From the NCBI GenBank assembly GCA_964631815.1, contig CAZWAO010000002.1, positions 1 to 43,527 of the forward strand: a DNA stretch of 43,527 bases. The letters are read 5' to 3'. Each line of letters opens with the position of its first letter. The first letter of the stretch is position 1. Below, in pieces: positions 24,201-29,040 of this stretch. The position numbers and the translations under genes were made by a program. The stretch is from an uncultured Ignavibacteria bacterium (GTDB taxonomy: Bacteria; Zixibacteria; MSB-5A5; SM1-73). The notes under the pieces were generated by a model that did no database searches, was not told the origin of the DNA, and saw nothing but the letters and a program-made list of their open reading frames with translations.

Positions 24201-25340
24201 GGTCAGGACCCCATCGTAGGCTGCGGGATAGTTGGGCGTCTCGCTGCTGTCGTTGCCTGCCGCCGCCACCGGCAGAACACCCCGGTAGGCAGCATAGTCC
24301 AGCGCGTCCCGGAGGACCTTGGAAGGATAGGCGCTTCCCCAGCTCATGTTGATCACGTTGCATCCCATGTCGGCCGCATACACTATTCCCGCCGCGCCCA
24401 CGGAACTGAAAGCATAGGGAAATATTTTGATGGCCATTATCCGGCAGGGGGTGACGATGCCGGATATTCCGGTTCCATTGTCTCTCGCTGCTGCCACGAT
24501 GCCCGCGCAGTGCGTTCCGTGCCCGTGGGTGTCGGTGGGATCGTCATCTTCACATATCTCGGTGGAATCCCCGGAAAAATCCCATCCCCAAACATCGTCC
24601 ACGTAGCCGTTGTGATCATCGTCAATGCCATTGTCCGGGACTTCGCCCTGGTTGATCCAAATCTCACCGGTCAGATCCTCGTGGTACCTGTCTACGCCGG
24701 TGTCGATGATGCCAACCAGAGGCGTGGTAGCTTGGTCGTTACGCTGGAACGCCTCCAGGGCATCTATGTCCGCATCTTGGCTGCCGAACTTCATCACCAG
24801 TTGATGTCCGTGATTTCTGTCGGTTCCGAAATACCCCTGGCCGCCGTTTTGTGCGGCACCCAGATTGTTCAGAAACCACTGGTGCGGAAACAAAGGATCG
24901 TTTGGCTCCTGGTACAACGCCAGCCTGTAATCCGGCTCCGCATAATCCACTTCCGGCCGGCTTTGGTACTCGGTTCTCATCTGCTCCAAATCCGTCCCGG
25001 CAGGTACTTCCAGAACGTAGACCCCGGATAGATTCTCCGGCGCGCCGGATATGCTTGGAGACCCCCCGAAGAGCTTCTTCTGCCCGATGATCCTGAACTT
25101 GAGATTGAGACTGTCCAAAGCTGTCAGACCGGTGGTCACCTGTCCCTGGATTTTGCCCAAAGTGACCCTGCCGTTTGCCTCCGGTTTCAGCTTGACGATC
25201 AGGCGATTATCCGCAAACTGCCTTGCCATCGGATTTGTCGATCCCGACAAGGGCTGCGCCCAAGCGGCCGGCTGCAGCGCGGAGCATATGCAGACAGACA
25301 GAAGCAGGCTAATGCCTAAAACCAACTTCCTTTCTCTCAC
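18273..25340 (-). CDS. 2355-aa secreted S8 (subtilisin-like) serine protease with beta-sandwich repeats, FG-GAP propeller, FN3 array, unassigned module and T9SS C-terminal sorting domain
   Basis: The start is GTG, followed by a signal peptide (MRERKLVLGISLLLSVCICSALQPAAWA). Catalytic triad blocks are IIDTGVD (D213), HGHGTHCAG (H274) and GTSMAAP (S442). Eight Ca-binding FG-GAP-type motifs occur (GDIDGDGYDEIV, GDLDGDGIQDII, ADLEGDGVPEVL, ADLDQDGQNEII, ADVDESPDLEVL, GDLDGDGTLEIA, ADVDGDASADIM, DDLDKDGKIDLV). Many FN3 repeats follow. The C-terminal tail is VYPNPFKP...GVYIYRV...KLAVIR. Confidence 0.9.
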   Translation of the reverse strand: MRERKLVLGISLLLSVCICSALQPAAWAQPLSGSTNPMARQFADNRLIVKLKPEANGRVTLGKIQGQVTTGLTALDSLNLKFRIIGQKKLFGGSPSISGAPENLSGVYVLEVPAGTDLEQMRTEYQSRPEVDYAEPDYRLALYQEPNDPLFPHQWFLNNLGAAQNGGQGYFGTDRNHGHQLVMKFGSQDADIDALEAFQRNDQATTPLVGIIDTGVDRYHEDLTGEIWINQGEVPDNGIDDDHNGYVDDVWGWDFSGDSTEICEDDDPTDTHGHGTHCAGIVAAARDNGTGISGIVTPCRIMAIKIFPYAFSSVGAAGIVYAADMGCNVINMSWGSAYPSKVLRDALDYAAYRGVLPVAAAGNDSSETPNYPAAYDGVLTVGASNSRDRVTPFSSYGDHVEIVAPGEDILSLRAAGTDMYAENGFPGVHIVNEKYYLADGTSMAAPCVVGVAAYLLAVSPGMTAAKTVEIIEQSADDLIYPYGGDSLYSPGKDVYSGYGRVNLASALQLVSGRMAKIDYPTENGQVSGEVAVIGTADGPGFSGYLLEYGEGPRPQSWTTIASSTIPVKSDTLGLWNSSGLSGLFTLRLTVGEQNQAVVRVIANDRNYVKITSPAAGDTIAGFAEITGYTIAPDFAGYKLEYGYGQSPHTWIEINSSSRMVADGVLGRWLVSFLDVTEYALRLWVETAGGQIYADTVAVAVKSIATGGWTQELSSNGSLSPAVGDIDGDGYDEIVIGVGGPPSTGRVGGVEVFGPNGRRESGWPKDTDRNMMSSPALGDLDGDGIQDIIICSDQGVHAYCSSSSDWFAPAATAGNEFWGLATPVVADLEGDGVPEVLTISSNGQVYGWRNDGLPIVTGSQGALVSTAGSAEDMAFPCLTVADLDQDGQNEIIAGAAHAVSGEYGNYQGVGGIYIWDNDVNQLLGPGDYPFQFVYIFGIAVADVDESPDLEVLVLGANGNHHALCAFKKDGTQAAGYPILLPDLISGWWFGNHPAVGDLDGDGTLEIAVSLWTLGEARVYAWHADGTPLVPSGTLVSHKTPDSKRIREAASGLGSSIGEIVFRCRGMEKEELTARGLAGDGNAFATGGETFGSPVLADVDGDASADIMVRTGQFLGSGYEGIYAWDHEGMLLPGFPLYATAEPTLYTYSPYTPLVDDLDKDGKIDLVLPTDYNIYVQSKLISWELDIDYHPDSEPWPKYMHDGWNSGRWGFEPPATETHNYPPADFHVIAWSDSSVTLGWSPRAPSVAAGYNIYRSILSGQAGERVNPYPIPQPDSQWLDESLMPGQRYYYTITSVDNQLVESSRSPEISITPGGPTAPARPSTTIEGVQVTLTWPASPAEQKVDHYLIYYNPPGYGEYRLLGSSASETTFVDSSIKEVGTCLYQVSAVDSSGLESPPSEAAQAEIVAFGSPPYSLKVSEWLGTKPTLSWRVAQGNRGCWVFRSTIPGVYPDPPLNAQPLEDPVGRDLSYQDSGLIEGVTYYYVVTQGTGGNGTSPSNRADFLAGRPQPVVSIGGEIRDCHVVVHWNPSSESDVVRYNIYDGTGHSGSIPLVTWVEHDTMWVDPAVDDSLEHYFWVTALDSLGLEGIPPPHLPTGPVRVTGPLYPPEPPSEFKIIAHTDTSLIFKCYSEEAHGYNVYRSTTSGVYQQPPINSTPLPDAFPQQYTLVFADLMEGQTYFFNATCVREGECGVSESGMTPGNERSFVPGRPERVDGLVAELGDECRIVLSWPPNTEGDLAKYNVYRCKYLSGRWTDYGIIDSVQAPDTVYVDTNFSVLTPYSYAITAVDTIGLESSLGQKVIMYIDSPSMPTLLDVTEVTDTSVTLKWQAQFWGTEIAGSNVYRTPVSGSYLGRNPINGNLVQYDSTGWASYTDLDVQQGLTYYYTVTSVNVCGLESERYICSESDCQPLEDTALVGMPHSPCLAVSIGSSSITLHMSSRDTDIKGYKILRREPDQQSRVLESLWRDTVYVDSRVVAGRDYVYSVTAVDMLGLESYPSSEKEACLMYLEPGILLVDLTRGSESADGVNGDSVNAFYRRALENYSYDTIERGDESPLRLLDLSRHRVTVVHYEDEATGFSKWYPVLQQYLAAGGALLIEGRRILSSCESRCSEEFAVFEAGDFRRDDLHIDSAWMPAYWGGNTTQPEFVGANGAAQTPDYPQIVKLDTLRVNHAFDPLFVGPGGKLPGVGYFTPVDRSEVIYTFNSAYDTSASDGKAVALRYFTKDCGVIYFGFPLYFVEEETAARILHTALDELVGFANRPGRSGFAADGLASASVYPNPFKPHLGHTHVTFDGLTAQAQIEVFTLVGEKVCTIQETDGDGQVSWDVTNAQGRKLASGVYIYRVSNDQGQEKISKLAVIR

Positions 25341-25386
25341 TGGTCTGTTCTCTCAAATCTATGGCGTTATTCTGAGCAAAAAGTGA

Positions 25387-25402
25387 TGCAAACATCGTTC
25401 CA
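25387..25402 (-). promoter_or_regulatory. sigma-54 (-24/-12) promoter TGGAACGATGTTTGCA for the S8 protease / PorV operon
   Basis: The minus strand reads TTGGAACGATGTTTGCATCA. It matches TGGCACG-N4-TTGCW at every defined position except one (C to A). The GG-N10-GC spacing is exact. It lies 47-62 nt upstream of the GTG start at 25340. Confidence 0.55.
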
Positions 25403-26080
25403 AAGACTCTAAACGCCGGGGCCGATCCCCAATCCGTTGACTGCGAATCGGATGGGATCCACCTCAGATCACCCGCTGCCTGCGAGAAACGCAGAATTTG
25501 ACGACACCCACGCGGTCAAAGTCAGCCTCCCAGACATAATACGATCTTAATTAATGAGTTACTGATTCGCAGTGAACTCCGAATAGTATTGGGTATCGGT
25601 AATTCGCAGCATCAGGTGCGTGAATCTCCCCTGCTCAAGCCCGGTACATCATGCATTTGGATTTTGTGGGCGCCATACCACAACCGACCCCGGCGAATGA
25701 TCTGCGGCTTCTTGGTATTCGCCACGTGCGGAAAAGGACAAGGGAGCCCGGATTATTACGACCAGAGGCGGTAGATAAAGGTCGTTTCCGTACCGTTGGA
25801 TTTTACCCAGGCTCCCTCTTCAGATCATCTTTCGGCTCTTCAAGCGCACACAACGCCCTTTTCCTCCATGGCCTTCGGGAACAAAAGGGAATCGCAGCAA
25901 GGCCTTGTTGTGTGCAACTCGATTAGTATTATAATGTAGTCAAACGACTGGAAAGAGTCAAGAGGAAAAAGTGCCTGCATATAGGGCAGGAGCAGTACCC
26001 ATACCCGGCGAGACACTAAGGTATTGTCAGGATCACCCTATTTATGTGCATTTCTTGAACACCGGGCATTACGGGGCTCT

Positions 26081-27496
26081 TCATTCTACCTTCTGAAAGC
26101 TGTAGCCCACGACGACATCCCTTAAGAAACTTCTTCCTTTGTAGCAAGGACACCAGACAATTCCAGTGCTTGTAAGTCTCACCTTTTTCCATTTACCAAG
26201 ATCGAGGTTGGCTTTATGGGAAATGATCTTAAGCCACAGGAGCTCGGCTATCTCTCTTGCGTCATCCTCGGAGATAAAGACACCTTCCAGGTTTTCCTCC
26301 CTCACCGCCTCGGTCACCAGCTCCGGCTGCGTCCGGACGTAGGCCAAGGCAATATCTCCTACCTTCTTGAGGTTGGGCAGCTCGAACGCGGGAACATAGA
26401 AGAGAAAAGGCCGGGATTTGTTTCTCACGTTGAACAGGCCGATCTCCGAGGGCAAGAGCTTGAAGATATCCTCAATCGACGACCTTTTCTTTCGTCGTAG
26501 GCCGGCTTCAAAAATCCAGAACGGAAAGTATCCGGAAGGCTGAGTCCCGTCCGAGTCTATTTCCTCTCTTGCCTTGGCCACTCGACCCTCCACCTCACTA
26601 TAGCCTCCTTGTTCTATCTTCCACATTTTTCTGCAGTTTGTGCAGGGGAAGAGCAGGTGAAATGGACTGACCGGCAAATCCCAGCCGCAGTTGGGACACC
26701 TATGCGGCATTATCTGAAGAGGGGAGAAAGTCTCGACATCGCCGGATCGACTCTTTTTCTGCTTGAAGCTCCCAGGGCCCTGTTTTAGGACCCTGCCGGT
26801 TATGCCGTCGATTACATGGAAGTACTTGCCTTCGGGAGCAACGAAGTCCACTATCCACAAGGGAAAATAGATTAGAGAGAGACGCTCTTCGATAAGACTG
26901 AATACCAGTTCATCCCCGCCTCTTTTCTTCTCCTGAAGATAGAAATCCAGTGATTGGCACCCGCTTTTCCTTGCCTTCTTGGAATCGACCTCCAAGCTCA
27001 AAACCTCCCCCTCTCGGGTCAACCGGTTCATATCTGTTAGGATCCTCAAATCCAGCCACTCCGGCCTCATACCGAGTGTCGCGATTCCCAAATCGTTGGA
27101 GCGGTGTGCGGGGAAACTCACATCCCAATCCCTGGTCAGGATATGCTCGGGTTCCTCTTCCTCATTAGGGATGGCCCCAAAAGGAGAAAGCTGCAATTGG
27201 CTGAAGGTGATATAGAAAGCCTGAGTGGTGAATCGCCAAAAAGGAAGGAAAAACAGTCGGGGCTTCTCTACCCTTCGGGTTAACGTTTCTCCTTCCACTT
27301 TCCGATGCCGGTCGACCAAAAAGGAAATCGACCTGCTTTGGACCTTCGGCTTTAGGGAGTACCTCAGAATGTTCTTTTGTGATCGGAAAAGGAGAGGGAG
27401 ATTACAGTAGGGACACCTGGCCACATTGGCGCCCTCCAGCAATTCGAAGGGCGCACCACACGAGGGGCAGGAAGCAGTCGCTTTCAGCCTTTGCAT
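26081..27496 (-). CDS. zinc-ribbon repeat protein of unknown function (partner of the SPFH protein)
   Basis: The junction with the upstream SPFH gene reads TAA-GCC-ATG. There are two CxxC...CxxC ribbons (CPSCG...CPYCN and CPNCG...CTNCRK). Three aromatic motifs are present: FLPFWRF, YFPLWIV and YFPFWIF. Confidence 0.7.
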   Translation of the reverse strand: MQRLKATASCPSCGAPFELLEGANVARCPYCNLPLLFRSQKNILRYSLKPKVQSRSISFLVDRHRKVEGETLTRRVEKPRLFFLPFWRFTTQAFYITFSQLQLSPFGAIPNEEEEPEHILTRDWDVSFPAHRSNDLGIATLGMRPEWLDLRILTDMNRLTREGEVLSLEVDSKKARKSGCQSLDFYLQEKKRGGDELVFSLIEERLSLIYFPLWIVDFVAPEGKYFHVIDGITGRVLKQGPGSFKQKKSRSGDVETFSPLQIMPHRCPNCGWDLPVSPFHLLFPCTNCRKMWKIEQGGYSEVEGRVAKAREEIDSDGTQPSGYFPFWIFEAGLRRKKRSSIEDIFKLLPSEIGLFNVRNKSRPFLFYVPAFELPNLKKVGDIALAYVRTQPELVTEAVREENLEGVFISEDDAREIAELLWLKIISHKANLDLGKWKKVRLTSTGIVWCPCYKGRSFLRDVVVGYSFQKVE

Positions 27497-27499
27497 GGC

Positions 27500-28618
27500 T
27501 TATTCCACTTTCTCGCCGCAGTTGAAGCAGAACTTGGTTCCCGGCGGCAAAACCTGCCCGCACTTGCCGCATTTGATCTTCTGTGCCAGATTAAAACCGC
27601 ATACCATGCAGAAGTTGGCCTCGGCCGGTAGATCCTTCCCGCATTTAGGGCATCGGTTGATAACCACCAGTTGGTGTCCGCACTTGTAGCAGAATCGGGA
27701 GTGTTCCGGAGTGTCCGCTCCGCACTTAGGGCAGGTAATGGTAGGCAAGGGGTCATACTTGAGATCCTTTTGATCGGGACCCAGTGCTTTGGACACAAGA
27801 CTCGGAACCAGTACGCCCACCCCCACGCCCGTGCCCATTCCCACCCCTGCCTGGGCGTAACCTCCGGAGCCGGACTCGGCCAGGGCCTTGGCCATTCCGA
27901 ACTTCAGGAATTTGTCCAGATCGCCCACGGCCTTCATCCCGGATCGCTGGTCTATCATCTTCTGAACTTCATCCGGGGGAGTGATGGACGAAATATAGAA
28001 GTCGATAAGCTCCATTCCGTATTTTGCAAATTCGTTCTTGATCCTCTCCTTGGCCTCCTCGGCCAGCTTCAGGTACCTTTGAGGGAGCTCCAGAATGGTT
28101 TCCAACTTCTCCCCGAAGAGGTCGTTGACCCGGGACAGGATCACTTGCCGAAGATAATCCTCGATCTGATCGGTGGTGTAAGCCTCTTCCCTGCCCACTA
28201 GGGTATTCAGAAAAAGCAGCGGCTCGACGATCTTGGCAGTATAGGCGCCAAAGGCGCGCAGCCGGACCAAACCCAGCTCGCTGTCCCGAAAGGCCACCGG
28301 GTCCTTGGTTCCCCACCTTAGATTGGTGAAGGTTTTGAGGTTGACGAAATACACCTCCACCCTGAAAGGAGATTTGAAACCCCAGGGAAGTGACAGGATT
28401 TTCGTCAGTATGGGCAGGTTCAGCGTGGTCAGTGTATGCCTGCCCGTTCCCAATATGTCGTAAGCCTTGCCGTCCCGGAAGAAGACCGCCGACTGGCTGT
28501 CTCTGATAATGCACTGGGCCCCCAGTTTTATCTCCGCCGAGCCTTTCTCCGGAATCCTGTGGATCATCTCGTTTTCCTTGGGATTCATCCACTCGATTAC
28601 TTCCATGAACACGGACAT
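27500..28618 (-). CDS. SPFH/band-7 domain protein (COG4260, YdjI-like) with three C-terminal zinc ribbons
   Basis: GAGGGG sits 4 nt before ATG 28618. The N-terminal block is typical of the family (IEWMNPKENEMIHRIPEKGSAEIKLGAQCIIRDSQSAVFFRDGK...). The last ~79 aa (nt 27503-27739) carry CPKCG..CYKCG, CPKCG..CMVCG and CGKCG..CFNCG. Confidence 0.82.
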   Translation of the reverse strand: MSVFMEVIEWMNPKENEMIHRIPEKGSAEIKLGAQCIIRDSQSAVFFRDGKAYDILGTGRHTLTTLNLPILTKILSLPWGFKSPFRVEVYFVNLKTFTNLRWGTKDPVAFRDSELGLVRLRAFGAYTAKIVEPLLFLNTLVGREEAYTTDQIEDYLRQVILSRVNDLFGEKLETILELPQRYLKLAEEAKERIKNEFAKYGMELIDFYISSITPPDEVQKMIDQRSGMKAVGDLDKFLKFGMAKALAESGSGGYAQAGVGMGTGVGVGVLVPSLVSKALGPDQKDLKYDPLPTITCPKCGADTPEHSRFCYKCGHQLVVINRCPKCGKDLPAEANFCMVCGFNLAQKIKCGKCGQVLPPGTKFCFNCGEKVE

Positions 28619-29004
28619 GACGCCCCTCTGCGTTAAGGTTGGAGTTTGGCAGTCTTTTTGGATTTATCGGCAAGTAACCGCAACTCCTTCATCCAGGTCG
28701 ATGCGATGCGGAGAGGCCGATAGCTGAGGACCAGACAAGCATGCGGCGATTTCGGCAGCATCCTTGACCTCAGCCTCTCAAACAATCCCGGTCGAGGGTA
28801 AGATTCGAAAAGAACCACAACCTCGACGCACACTGCTGGCAGAAAGAGGGAGGAAGGAGGGCTCTCTGGATTCCGGAGAAGCCCGCCTGGAAATGATCTT
28901 CAACGGCGATCAGACATGTACTTGCGGGCCGGAGCGTGACGCCGAAGAACGCCACACCACGCTACATATGGCTGCGGTTTGCTTCACCTACACAGACGAA
29001 TTCT

Positions 29005-29032
29005 AAAAAAGGCGTACAGGCTATCGCCTGTC
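29005..29032 (-). terminator. probable intrinsic terminator after the LRR gene
   Basis: The minus strand reads GGACAGGCGATAGCCTGTACGCCTTTTTT. The stem is ACAGGC/GCCTGT (alternative GGCG/CGCC), followed by a T6 run. It lies 9 nt after the stop. Confidence 0.45.
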
Positions 29033-29040
29033 CATCGAGA

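Noticed and set aside
23922-25031. Long antisense or alternative-frame ORFs inside large genes. Examples: 23922-25031 (+, 369 aa), 18249-19046 (+), 8445-9155 (+), 9861-10586 (-), 29767-30480 (+), 32101-32697 (+), 35793-36563 (+), 36650-37585 (+), 27969-28673 (-), 16161-16700 (-), 2945-3541 (-) and 1356-1931 (-).
   Set aside because: All are nested in or opposite to ORFs with clear domain content. Their translations are Arg/Gly/Pro/His-rich and low in complexity, with no recognisable motif and no RBS. This is the typical shadow-ORF pattern of GC-rich coding DNA.
28678-28696. A sigma-54-like CTGGATGAAGGAGTTGCGG on the minus strand upstream of the SPFH gene.
   Set aside because: The GG-to-GC spacing is 11 nt and the -24 flank (TGGATG) is poor, so it is probably a chance match.
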